This document shows, piece by piece, positions 44,113-58,317 of a stretch of DNA of 64,000 nucleotides. The position numbers and the translations under genes are program-made. Source of the stretch: Veleropilina oligotropha (taxonomy: Eukaryota). Where the stretch lies: positions 1 through 64,000 of the forward strand of contig JBEUKZ010000067.1 in the NCBI GenBank assembly GCA_048128005.1. The letters run 5' to 3'. Every line of letters starts with the position of its first letter. Positions within the stretch are counted from its first letter, which is position 1. Under the pieces are notes generated by a model, which saw only the letters and a program-made list of their open reading frames with translations, was not told the DNA's origin and searched no databases.

Positions 44113-47100
44113 ATGCCGTCTGCTAGGAATGATCTTGTTGCTTGCTTCGTCCTTTTGACAGGTAACATTAATTCGTGTATTTTAAATACAATTCATCAAT
44201 TGTTATTTTGGTAATTGAAAGTGTATATATATATGCAAATATCGTTTCGATATTGTACGCATGATTGATATGCTTGAAGTTGACGCTATATTTCTTCAAA
44301 TACAGACCAAGATTTGAATTTTGACCTGTCCCAGATAGGCCTATATATCGATCTATATAGTTAGACTACTAGTTACATACGTCACGAAAACTGTGCGATT
44401 GAAACATTGACATATTTAATGTTTTACAAAACACCTAAATAGTAATGCTTTGATATGTATTACAGTAATATTGCGAGATCAATAATTGGCTTCGCGGTCA
44501 AATGACAATCACGCGTCCGTCTCACTGTTGTCTCAAATATCGACCTGCTGTAGATTATAGTTTGTTCTTGGTGGAATATTACGCAAGATGACTTTGCAAT
44601 ATACAGATCTATATCTGTATATTGCAAAGTCATCTTGCGTAGTTTTCCACCAAAGAACAAACTATATAATCTATTCAATTTGAATGTTGTCATTTATTGA
44701 ACTGGCAATATTACCGGTACCTGTAATAGTATACATATCATGTATTAATATTATAATATGCGTACATGTATGGATTTTATGTAGACTAAATTATGACATT
44801 GAGACAATGCGTGATTTATTATTATATTATTAATAAATTAATAAATCTTATTTGATAATTCAGAACATGTTGTAAGCTAGTTTCCTCTTTTGTCTCTAAA
44901 GGTGCTCTCCCACTTACTCCTATAACATATGAGACCGGGTTGACGTGCCTTCCCAACCCTACCTCATATATCCCAAGCACCATTTATGACGAGCAGGTTC
45001 CCGACGAAATCCGTCGGGAACGGTTTTGGATCAAATTACTTATTAAACATACAGTGAAACAAACAGTAAATACATAAATTGTATAAATATGCATGAATAT
45101 ACACATACCTGTTAGTTTTTAGCTCCGCTATGACGACTGTCAGCGGAGCTTTTCTAATACCGAGTTGTCCGGCGTCCGTCCGGCGTCCGGCGTCCGTCCG
45201 GCGTCTCCATTTGACTTCAAATGCATATATATCTCAAAAACTGTCTGATAACTTTTTTTTTAATTTGGTATGAGTCTTCCTTATGATGTTCAGCATGTAC
45301 TCAGGAAAAATTAAAAAATTCTACGTCTCGGTTTTCCTGATATTCATGTTTGTTTGTCTGTTTGTTGTCAATTTGTCAGATTTCGGTCAATATCTGAAAA
45401 ACTGTCTGATAACTTTTTTTCTAATTTGGCATGAGCCTTCCTTATGTCAAAATATGATGTTCTGAATATACTGTGTGAAAATTAAAAATTTCTACGTCTC
45501 GGTTGTCCCGATATTCACGTTTGTTCGTCTGTTTTTGAGGCCATTTTTCAGATTTCAGTCAATATCTCAAAAACTGTTTGATAACATTTTTTCTAATTTG
45601 ACATGAGCCTTCCTTATGATGTTCTGAATGTACTGTGCGAAAAAAAAAAAATCCACATCTCGGTCTTATCGATATTCATGTTTGTTTTCAATATTTCAGA
45701 TTTCAATCAATTTCTTAAAATCTGTCTAATAACTTCTTGTCTAATTTGGCATGGGCCTTTCTAATGATGATTTGATTGTACTCGCCCCCCCCCCCCCCAA
45801 AAAAAATTCTACTGCTCGGTTATCCTGATATTCTCGTTTCGTTAGATTTCAGCCAATTCCTCAATAACTATTTGAAAACTTTGTTTCTAATTTGACATGA
45901 GCCTTCCTTATGATGTTCTGAATACACTCTTTGAAAATTAGAAAATTTTACGTCTCTGTTGCCCTGATATTCACGTTTGTTTGTTGTCAATACTTTAGAT
46001 TTCAATCAATTTCGTAAAATCTGTCTGATAACTTTTTGTCTAATTTAGCATGGCCCTTCCTTTTGTTCTCTGCAGAAATTTGTAAATTCTATATCTTGGT
46101 TATTCTAATATTCTCGTTTGTTGTCAATTTTTCAGATTTCTTGACAATAGTGAAGTAATCAAGTTTAAATAAATACGGGCCTTTAGCGGAGCTCTCTAGG
46201 CCGATAGGCCTCTTGTTATTGATTTTGTTGTCATAATGTATGATAAAACAGCATTATTTGTCAATGTGTAACCGTCAAACTTTTTGACGGTATTTTCCAG
46301 CTCGGTGGCGACCTCTATACGACCTCTATTTTGATTGGTGGATTTAATGAAAACGTCACGCTAACGTCCCAAAATAGCGACCGTCTTCTGTTTACATTGT
46401 GAAAGTTAAAAACCTTTCGTTTTGTGTTCCAAAGTAGCTTTTCAGTGTTAAGGTAACAAAATTGGGGCAGCATGTGATAAAATTTGATATAAAGGAACAT
46501 ATATCGATGCAAGTAAGTGATAAACTGTAGTTACTTTATTGAAATTTAGCATTTTTCGGGTCGGGACGTGATTTTCACCTTGAGATTATTCTGCGGTGAG
46601 AAATTTCAGCTCAGCCGTTAGAGTCTGGTATTAGGAACTATAGCAGGCTCTAACGTTGTTGGAGTACTCCCCCACTATGCCAGTTCAGCCTTGCGAGTAC
46701 CTGCGAGTGTCAGGAACTCGCTTAGTGGGAGAGGGATTACTCGCAAGTGCTGTGAGTACTCGCAACCACTCGCAAGCTACTGTAACTCGCAGTCACTCGC
46801 AAGCTACTCGCAGTCACTCGCAAGGTTTTGGACATGTTCAAAACGTTGCGAGCTCCGCAAGCACTCGCACGGTCCGCAAGTACTCGCAAGGTGACTCGCA
46901 TGTGTGAGAGCACAAATCGCTCTCCGCAAGTCCAGTGAGTGAATTTTCATCATCCACAAGAATAAAATTGTAAGTAGTTATATAGGCCTAATGCCAGAGA
47001 AGAACAGAAAACAGAGACACTCAGCTGAGAGCATGATCAACTTAGCGAGTAGGAAGAGGACGTTAATTGTGCAGTACGTGGTCCAAAGAAAATGAGATTA

Positions 47101-50100
47101 TGTACCATAACAATACAAAAACAGACAGACTACGTGAAGAGAAATCCCATAAATTATAATACATGTGACTTTGCACTGCCGTATATTGTAGTCTTGCCCT
47201 GGACCACTGGTCTGTCAGTTAGTGGTCTGCAGAAGATACTTTTGGACATAGCAAATCATCAAGGTGAGATAATCGACTATCATTCAATTAAAATGTACAT
47301 GTATATAATAATGACAATTTACAGACAAATTAAAATAACCTAGGAACAATTGTATACATCAGTCACGAATAAGCTAGTAGTGATGAATAAGGTTGTTTAT
47401 TTTGGGCTACATTATCAGTTAATAACAACTGGCTTGGAAATTATCATGATTTATCTGGATTTTCTAACTTGGCATGGTTTTTTTAATCATGTCGACATGG
47501 GTATTAAAAAATTATAAGTACTGTACATGGAGTTATATATATTAGCAACTGTTAGACTATTAGTAGTTGCCCAATATAACTTTGTAATATAACTGTAATC
47601 TCTCCCGTTACTGAAAATAGTGGAAACAAGTGCCAGTATTATAAGACATATAAAATATATAATTCCATTGACAAGTTCCCGATCCAACTGTTTATTATTT
47701 TGGTAATTAAATGGAGCCATTAACTAAGGCATGAATATATATATACTAACCTGTATTAGTTGTAATTTGTATGATTTAAAACTTAAATAGTAATATATAC
47801 ATGTAATACATATTGGTTATTTCCATATTTATGATAATCATGTATAGCAACAATCTTTCTTCCTTAGATGATGTAAATAAAATAATTGAATTAGCTGTCA
47901 ACGGAACAGCTAAAGGACAGGCTTACGATAGGCTGGCAACTTTCACAGACAAGTTTGGGAGCCGCATCGCAGGGTCGGAGAATCTGGAAAAGGCAATTGG
48001 TACGTCACATTGTGATAGAAATATCCGGAAGTGAACAGATAACATTTTAATATATTATTAGAATATATGAAAATTCAGGGCAATTTAATATTTTAGAGTG
48101 GATGAATTGATGTTTCATGAGCAAGTCAACTATTTGGAGCGATCAATGATGAAATAGTTGAGATTTTGGAAATTAGTTGAAATATCTAGAAGTCTCACAG
48201 ACATAAACATCTGGTTTTCAACATATGATCGACAAGGCGGTTTCCATAATAGTTACAGTGCATGAATATTATCATCACTATATAAGAACATTCCTTTCAG
48301 AATTAATTACTTATTGCACAGGTAAATGATATGTACCAGTTATCAGCTTATTAGTAATTGACATTTTTTTATCACTTATGCTCTTGTCTTTCATTAGGAA
48401 ATAAAATTTACTGCATTGTCATAATTTTAAATGTTATGCCTGATTACTAAACAAGAACAGTAATTACAAAGAGCAAAAGGTAAAAAAAGGAGAGGATCGA
48501 TGCTTAATCTCCTGTATATTTCCAACCATCATTTGGTTCAAAGCAGGACATGTCCGTGTTATCGTGGGAGGAAATCCCGGTCGCCCGGGGAAACCCTCCC
48601 TCTCCGACCAGTTACGGACAACTGTGACTCATAACTTGAACAAATGTGTGAAGCCCCAGCCAAAGTTTGAATCAACGGAATCAAGTCAGTGATTTTTCAG
48701 AGTCCACAACCGAAACCACATGACTGTCGAAGCGGCCTCATTACAAAAAACAGCTATCAAATTAAATGGTCATGAAAATTACCTCGATATTGTATGTTTG
48801 CAGACCTGTCAATGCTCCCGTATAATTTTTCTTCTTAACTTACCACCATAACAAAGGAACCCCATAAAAACCATAATAATTAAGATTATATATATATATT
48901 ATCACGCACGCACGCATAATATATTTATTTATATAGTGTTTTCGAAGAAATCTCCCTCTGGTATTTTCGAATGTTGACAGGTCTGTGTTTGTATTTTGTT
49001 TTGGATCGATGCTTAATGTCCCAGTTTAACACCCTTCAGGGTCGTGTCAGCACAAATCCATATTATTGCAGAACGAATGCTTGATTGCTCCAAAAATCCG
49101 CCCTCACGGACAACCGTCGCTGTTAATTGAACAAAGACCCGTCCTAGGTTTCCAATCTACTCCTGTTAACCAAAGCAGTGTGGCGACTAAATTGTGGAGC
49201 CACTCACTTATCCACTATGCTACCGGTGCGACCGCAGGTTTAATTATTATATGTATAGCATGCTTTTATCGTAAATTATTGTCTGATGCAGACTACATGC
49301 TGACTAATCTCAAAGAGGATGGCTTGGACAATGTCCATGGTGAAATGGTTTCGGTTAGTATACACTGATATTATATGTAATTTATCATATATCCGGGTCA
49401 TTTTACATAGGGCCAAAGTGTTTAATATCAACCGTAATACACATGTGTCTTATTGACTTTCTATTTGATATTGGATAATTTTATCAATGAAACAGAATAA
49501 CAGCCAATGACAGAGCAGATCACATAACGTTGCATATTTAAAAAATTATTGTGAAAACGTGTTTATAATTGTTAACATATATACAAAGCCGACAAATATG
49601 TCATGATTATGATGCTTTATAATATTATGTAACTGGGGTTCATTGGTTGGCAAAGTTGATTCGATATCAGGCGACAACTAGCTCAAACTCCGTGACGAAA
49701 GAATGAAATAGACACATAGGCCTCTCGCATTTAATGTTATTTTAATAGAGCTTGTTGAATAAGTATAATATTGATAAAGCGACATTAGTTCTTTTCATAA
49801 CATCAATTTTTGCTCTTTATTGTTTATAGATTAGGTAAAACCGGGGTTATTTTTCACATGCATTGACGTATTTTCATGACGTCAACGTTCAATTTACAAT
49901 TTCACCTTCTGTAATATTATTACGCCGCATTATTATGTTAGAGCGCGTCAACAAAATTAAAATCAACGTTGCATGTACAGCTTGTTTCTTTATAAATTTG
50001 AGATATATGATAAATAGAATCTCACATTCGTGGTCATTTATGAAACTTGTTAACTAATTTTCATATTTTCCTCTGTGAAACCTCGGAAAATATGAAAATT

Positions 50101-51279
50101 AGTTATCTCGTTTCCTAAATGTGATATTAAATGACCACTCATGTGATACCCCCTCTGTACTTTAAAGATGTAAGTGATAAAATAATAACCTACTCGGTGC
50201 AGTGCAGTGCAGAATCTACATTATCTCCTCCATACCAGCTTCAGATTGTATACTGAGGTCCACAGGGAGAAGTTGACATTTATTTCTGTGTATCAGGGTT
50301 ATCCCTGTGTGCTTGCTGATGCAGATTGATAGTAGAATTGCATAAATGTTTTCCTGTTTGTCAGTTTCATGTCTTTCACAAGTTTAGAGTATACTTTCTT
50401 TACATCAGTCTGAGTGCTCTTCCAAGCTCTGTGGTGAGGAGTGTGCTATGTCTGTCGATTTCAGGTGTCCCATGTCTGTCGATTTCAGGTGTCCCACTGG
50501 GTGCGTGGTGCCGAGTCGGCCGTTATGCTCCAGCCGCGGAATCACCCGATGTCTATCTTGGGTCTCGGCAGCAGCATTGCGACGCCCCATGACGGCGTGA
50601 CAGCCGAGGTGCTGGTGGTCCGATCCTTTGACGAACTCCACTCGAAAGCCCAGCAGGTGTAGTATATACGTGTAGGTTGTATCATGAAGTTTGGCTGTCT
50701 AATCGGAGAACCCTGCAATTCATTCACGAGGCGCTGAGTTGTTAAGTGCACTGGCTTCTCTGATTAAACAACATAATCCAAGCGTTATAACCTACTTAAA
50801 CAGTGCAAAAATATAAACTAAATTAAAATATATTAATTTCATAAACTCATTTTTAGTGTAAGAAAGTAGTCCCCCATGGTCTAGCTAACAATATGGTTAG
50901 TTAAACCACAGGCCAAGACAATAAAATACATCACAACAATTGGTTTAAATAATCATTATTAATGTTTATTGTTATACACCTTAAAACAAAATTAACATAA
51001 TTATCATAATAAATTGCATCATTGGTTTCTAATGAATAAATATAACAATCCAAATCGGATCTTAAATTCGACTGAAGCATAAAAAAAAAATTATGACTTT
51101 TGTAAATTTTTTAGGCACAAGGTAAAATTATTGTATTCAACCAGCCGTATGTGAACTATGGCGTTTCAGTGGCATATCGGACTCGAGGTGCAGCTGAGGC
51201 AGCAAAAGTGGGTGGAATGGCATCCCTCATTAGATCTGTCACTCCATTCTCCATCAACAGCCCTCATACAGGAATGCAG
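44113..51279 (+). CDS. CPQ: Carboxypeptidase Q paralog B, first six coding exons (remainder not in window)
   Basis: Exons 44113-44161, 47192-47263, 47868-47999, 49292-49353, 50489-50656, 51115-51279. Exons 3-6 have the same lengths and phases as paralog A, with highly similar translations. Confidence 0.88.
45115..46217 (+). mobile_element. Helentron/HINE-like element with ~125-bp internal tandem repeats
   Basis: 5' TTTTTAGCTCCGC..GCGGAGCT, GTCCGGC microsatellite, 3' GCGGAGCT plus GGCCGATAGGCC hairpin and CTTGTT. Confidence 0.7.
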
Positions 51280-51520
51280 GTGATTGACTTTCTTTTTATC
51301 TTTATGCAAATTAAGGCAAAAAAAGGTGCAGGTTTGTTGTCTTGACCCACGGTTTGAGCAGATGACCTCGTGACTTCACAATTACAAATATGTACAATGT
51401 AATACCTCCCTGGTTGAGTCCTGTGTTACTAGATACTCCATCTCATCTCCATCTGAGACCTTGCTGAATATATATGGTGATAACGCCAATAAGGTATACC
51501 GTATATAACCACTCATATCA

Positions 51521-51639
51521 GCGGGCTTCAAGCCTTGAAAAGGCTGAATCCCTATTGTAATGCAAGGAATTATTATTATTATTATTATTATTAGGGCCTC
51601 AAACCTTGGAAATGCTGAAGCCCTATTGTTATTCAAGGA

Positions 51640-51670
<31 letters not shown>

Positions 51671-54600
51671 GGGCTTCAAGCCTTGAAAAGGCTGAAGCCC
51701 TATTGTAATGCAAGGAATTATTATTATTATTATTAATATTATTTTGTGATTGTTTGTTCCTTACGTATCTCTGAAACTGCAAATGTGATATATTTCAAAT
51801 TCAAAAGTGGACAGGTATAATAGGGAACTCGTGTGAAACTGCAAAATTGACTTTCTAGGAATTGCGGTTTGGATGCTATCTTGTATTTCCCCAAAATGGA
51901 CCACTTTTTAAAAAATCTCCATAATCGCCGAACAGATCGAGGCGCCGCTCAGGATATATTATCTAGACAATATGAAGAAATAAATTTGCATAGGAAAATT
52001 TCATCGGACGTAAAATAATGTGGCTACGGCTATTACAATCTTTAAAAAAAATTGAAATTTTCACATTTTTATATCGTTATAAATCTTATTCAGATTTATC
52101 TATTCGTTTTGTTGACTGGGACAGTTGATGCTTATGTTAAAGATGCTGAATCTACATTCGTATGATATTTCATATAAAAGAAAACCATAAATACGATATG
52201 GTATCCATACATGACATGTTTTTAGGACGAAGGAAAAGTTAAAATGCAACAAAAGATGTTGCTAGCATTTAATAATCGCTTCAGCCGACGTGGTATTTTA
52301 TTCGAGCGCGTCAACCTCGGAAGCTATCTTTATCTCATTTATCGTTATTGGGTCAAACGTCACGTGGTCCCGTCGATTTGATTGACGTGGACGTGCAGAG
52401 CACGCATATGGCGTTGCAGCTAGGTCAATGTTTATTAGCGGTTCGCTGAAATTGACGTATTGCATTGAAACATATAGCTAGTTTCTCATAATTGTAGTGT
52501 ATGGCAGCAATACTAACATAATAACCATATTTATTTCACCAACTAACTAGGCCTATTGCGCACCGCGACATTGTAATAGCATGGGCATTTACTGTTTCAA
52601 GTGCTTCACTGTTTGTTTACAAGTTGAAGTAGCCGCATCCAATTTTCATTGATCGCGTTATTTATTATTTCAAGTTTTTCGCTTACATTCATTTTATAAT
52701 CAGAAACAGTCACAGTCGATAACGGCGGCCTGCCTCTATTTCTCTTGTCGACATCCGCCATGGAAACCGATATAAACAAAACTCCGACAAGGACGACCTT
52801 GACATGACCCGGTATATATAGATCGCGGGAGTGATTTAGGGCGGAGCTAAGATTCCGCCAAGCCGTCGTTCATTTCCGTATAAATATGGTGTACAATCGG
52901 CTCGAATTATGAGATCGATCTCATAATTCAATAAAAAAAGTTCAAATATTTATTACTAAGTGAAAAAAAATTTTGCCGTGTGTGGTAATCTCTGAAAGGT
53001 CCTAACTATATGCAATAAATCAATGCAGAAAGTGTAAGAGAGAACAGCATTTAAATACGTTTTAGCGATCTGAAGTAGATCCTGCATCTTTAAGCTATGT
53101 TTGCTGCATATACAAGGCGCGAAATTGACGGGAAGCAGGCGGTAAATGCCGCTCAATTGTGACCATTTGTCGTCCATGTAAATCTTGGGACGGCAGGCAC
53201 TGCCGCCCAGTCCTTTTACAATATTTGTTGTTTGCATTCCTTAATAGAGCAATATGTCGATATTGCGTAACTTTTTGTTGCTTTTATAGATATCGTTTAA
53301 TCATAGTTTCCGCCCCGTTTCATGTTGCGCAATATTTCTGTCGCTATTTTTGACTAGTTTATGATGTTTGTTGTGTAATTTTAAGCGTGCACACTGGGTC
53401 AGCTGTCATAGCATTTCCGGGTTAGCAGAGTATGCAAAATTCGTTCAGTTACCCAAATTAACAATAATTCTCAAGAAAGGTATGCATTGAAATTACCAAG
53501 GCTAAAAGATGAACTGGTTATTTACCTTTTATTATTTAGAACATTCAGAGAATGCTGGTGAAGTCTGTTTACGGTACCCAAACTTTCGAGACATGACACC
53601 ATTACACATCCAAGTCGAGGACACATTTTCGAACGCACGCTGTATATCATTTGCATTGTCCAGAGTTGCAAAGAGTTCGCACTGAGTTATAATACATGTC
53701 TGACTCTGGTGATATTCATCTGCAGCTGTGTTATTGGTGAAGTTTAGCTACAGCTTGATGTTAAGATTATCAACAAAACAATACGATTTCATTTTCGGAA
53801 TTGTTGTATTGTGACATTATGAGAATAACAACATAGAATAAAGATATATATTTTATTAAATTAATTGAAGCATTTTTTCACATTTGAGTTGAATCAGATA
53901 ATGTTAATAGTGTCACAATATTTATTAATATTTTAAATTTTATATAAAGTAACAAATCAATATAAAATATTTCTGACATAAACAATAATTATATCTACTT
54001 AGTGCTGATTTCTTTTAATAATTTGTTGCTTTTATTTATATTAATATAATGAAAAACAGAAGCACCATAAATTGTATACTATGAATTCATAAATGTCGAA
54101 GTCGATATAATTAAGCAGTTTCTTTAAAATAAATATATAATATTCCTAAAAAGGTTTATATTTGTGAACACAAATTGCTGAAACAAATACTATCAGTACT
54201 TAATATCACAATTTTTTTCAAGAAAATATCTACATATAAGATCAGAACATACAAGAGCATGCACGTTTTAAAGTTGTGTCATAAAAATACACATGCTTCT
54301 CCACATTTGTAGATTGCTTCTCATTTATAATAGTGGAAAGCAGGTCTGCTTTCCAACATAGAATTTGAAATTCGCGCCTTGATATAGATCGTTGGTGTGT
54401 CTCGTGGTAATGCGGCAATTTTGAATTAATTAAATTAATGCAAACGTTTTCTCGTTTATTGTTGCTCCGTTCGAAGTGAAAATCGGCATATGCTGACATC
54501 ATTATAATCTCTATATTGTTTTGCGAACGAAAATTTGTTAGCAAAAAGGCATTAACGGTTATAATCAATGTAATTTTAACATTTTCAATATTTTGATATC

Positions 54601-57600
54601 GTTTATAACTTTTATTTCCCTTCAACTGTTATTATCAAACTTCGCAGGGGGGTTGGCGAATATGCTAAGTTACGTTTGCTGCAAAGAGATCGTCGATTCA
54701 TCTTGTGGTTACGCCGTTATATGTAATTAAAGTTTTAGTTTTTAAACTTAATAATAATAATAATAATTAAAGCTGCGAGCAGCTGTGAGGGCTTCAATCA
54801 GATAAACGAAATAAAAAAAAGACGTAAAATACAAAAAAATAAAAAAGTTTAATTTAAAAAAAAAAAAAAAATTACAAAAAAATACTAAATTTAAAAAAAT
54901 ATTTTTTATATTTTAAGATATACATATGGCCACTCTGAATCGAATGCCGCCAATCTTAGATTTCTACGCCGAAAGTGCTAGGGGGGCCGGAAATTTTTGA
55001 AACCTAGATGCTATGAAATCTATTATCTTGTGCATTAACCTATGATGGAAATTAAGAAGTATCTATAATAATGAATGCGCAACTGGACTGACCAACAGAA
55101 TATCAATGTTTTCACCATATATTAACAGTTAATGAATCATGTAGCCTTCTGTTGGCTAAATGTTTACTTAAGCCTGATAGCAGAACTTCTCAAGGGCCTT
55201 GCTGTCCACTGGACAGGGTTGCCGCGGGCGGCTTTATGACACCTCAAAGAGACAGGCTCATAAACTGCCTACTTCATCTGATAAGGCAATTAGCACTGAG
55301 CTGGTCGCGCCGAAATGAGACGAGGAATTAAAATAGTATTTTTTAAACAATGAAAGTACTTATTGTATTCTTGTCACAATTCTCTAATATAACGATCTTT
55401 ATATAGTATATTTTATGCGAAAATCTGGAAGAAAAAGGACGATTTTTAGAGGCGCTATGAAGCAATATTCATCTAAAAAAACTAAGTCTAATAACTCTCA
55501 AGCAACTCATTTTAGCGATGGAATAAAATGAATTGCGTCACGTTTCATATAAATGAAAATTAAAGAAGTTACAGTCAATTTAATATTAAATTTAATGTCT
55601 TCATAACTCCTTTTTAATTTGTCTCACAAAGTATTCCATTAGAACAACATATACCGATATAATGCTTTGTCAAAACTACCAAGTGTCGATAAGATCACGC
55701 TACTCAGTTCTGAGAAAAGCGCATTTTAATGTTTTCAAAAAATCAAAGATTGCGACGAAATCATGGCATTTATTGGCTAAAATTTTGCGGCAAACATTAC
55801 TTGATATCGATGCGCACTCACCCTGGAAGATTGGAAAGATTTCGTGGAGTGCATTGAAAGATACTGCAGAAATGAAAAATTGAAAAAACTTCAAAATTTT
55901 GTCAAGATTAGGACGCCCGTAGCGATCTTAGCATTGAAAAAATGAAAATTTCATTTCCAAGAGATTGTTGTCTCAATAGTCTAGATCATGCCTTTGAAGA
56001 TTTTGTCTCGATCTCGAAAGCCGTGTAAGACTTATATCGTTTTTGAAAAGAGGTCATTTTTAATTTTGTCAAGATTAGGACGCCCGTAGCGATCTTAGCA
56101 TTGAAAAAATGAAAATTTCATTTCCAGGAGATTGTTGTCTCAATAGTCTAGATCATGCCTTTGAAGATTTTGTCTCGATCTCGAAAGCCGTGTAAGACTT
56201 ATATCGTTTTATATATACTATATAAAGATCGTTATATTAGAGAATTGTGACAAGAATACAATAAGTACTTTCATTGTTTAAAAAATACTATTTTAATTCC
56301 TCGTCTCATTTCGGCGCGACCAGCTCAGTGCTAATTGCCTTATCAGATGAAGTAGGCAGTTTATGAGCCTGTCTCTTTGAGGTGTCATAAAGCCGCGCGC
56401 CAACCCTGTCCAGTGGACAGCAAGGCCCTTGAGAAGTTCTGCTATCAGGCTTAAGTAAACATTTAGCCAACAGAAGGCTACATGATTCAGTAACTGTTAA
56501 TATATGGTGAAAACATTGATATTCTGTTGGTCAGTCCAGTTGCGCATTCATTATTATAGATACTTCTTAATTTCCATCATAGGTTAATGCACAAGATAAT
56601 AGATTTAAAAACTTTTCCGTGGAGGTACGCCCTGGCGCACTCGCGCATTCGGCGCTCGTTCGTGTGTGCGTCACACAGTCTGCATGTAAGCTACCTAAGA
56701 TGCCGTGCAACGTCATTGCGTTTAATAATTACCGATCAATAATGAAGTGAAATGGTCTTAATTATGCTTATGAGTCGCAAGCATTACGCTATTATTGTTT
56801 GATTAGAACATGTAATCGACTAATTTATTTTTCTTTATAAAGAGCAACACACACTAAAAAGCTAAATGCATATATAATAGCCATTCACATATCAATAGAA
56901 GGAGTTATAACATTATATAATACAAATAGTAGCGAATTATCCCGTGATTGAGGAAATTTATGCTAGCCTGTGTAAAGCAGATACCAATTTTGTTATTTAC
57001 ACCATGGCGACACAAGCCGATATCGACACATGTATTTCAATCAAATCAACAATTTCAAACAGGCACTCAAGACTGTCGCCGCATACGATCCAGTCAGCGA
57101 TGTCCGCTGTGGCAGATTTTGTGGGCAACATATTATGTGCGACAGGTGTCTATGCGGCCTATCCCATTTTAATATAACCTGCATTTATCGAAAATAACAG
57201 CGAATGAATGAAGTCAATTATCGAAGTGTTCGCGAATAATCGATTATCAATATTTTACCAACATATTAACGCATGTAAAATACACCGCTATGAACGAATA
57301 GTTTTGTCAAGTCCATCCAGGGTGCATTAGGGGCGATCTATGGGTACGCGGAGTGCAGGCCATGTTCACCGAGAAGTGTACACAGTGTACTCCAAGTGCG
57401 CCACGAATTACCCGGTAGGGATACTTCTAACATGGGACGCGCTAGAGCTGAACTATGGACGCAAACGGAAAGCGACGGCTAGAGCTGAGCTCTGGACAAT
57501 TTTGTTATGCCCAGGGCGCGCTCCGAGTTGGCCGAGCATGCCCCGTGTGCCACGAGTAAAGCGGCATTTACAATTAATGCACTATAACAATTGTATCTAC

Positions 57601-58316
57601 TTGACACAATATTATGCATTATGATCATTGATGACAATCGTTTGCAAGATGACTATTTATAAATTTTGGATAATGAATTTATTCCTGAAAATATTGTCAA
57701 TAACGCTACAGAGATTATAGATTTAAAAACTTTTCCGTGGAGGTACGCCCTGCCGCATTCGGCGCTCGTTCGTGTGTGCGTCATGAACATCTATTGTACT
57801 GACAATTAATCACACAGTCTGCATGTAAGCTACCTAAGGTGCCGTACAGGTCGTTGCGTTTAATAATTACCACATCAATAATAAAGAAAAATGGTCTTAA
57901 TTATGCACGACCTCAGTCTGAGCGATGGAGTACCTCACCACTGGACACTGATTATTTATGACAACTGATTATTTAATTTAAATTAACAAAAATGCAATCT
58001 ATTTTGCATAATTTTTTGCTTAATTGTCACATGAATTAAAAGCCTGATAACGCCGGAAACAGCATTTCATAGCATCTAGGTTTCAAAATTTTCCGGCCCC
58101 CCTAGCACTTTCGGCGTAGAAATCTAAGATTGGCGGCATTCGATTCAGAGTGGCCATATGTATATCTTAAAATATAAAAAACATTTTTTTAAATGTAGTA
58201 TTTTTTTGGAATTTTTTTTTTTTTTTAAATTAAACTTTTTTATTTTTTTGTATTTTACGTCTTTTTTTTATTTCGTTTATCTGATTGAAGCCCTCACAGC
58301 TGCTCGCAGCTTTAAT
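51521..58316 (+). mobile_element. Large composite Helentron-like non-autonomous element in CPQ-B intron 6
   Basis: Triplicated left end GGGCTTCA..TGAAGCCC followed by (ATT)n. Right end TGAAGCCCT..AGCTGCTCGCAGCT-TTAAT. Internal inverted and tandem duplications. Confidence 0.55.
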
Positions 58317-58317
58317 T

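Noticed and set aside
46656..46907. ORFs with SHSQ-type repeats
   Set aside because: Produced by ACTCGCA subrepeats of a probable MITE in an intron.
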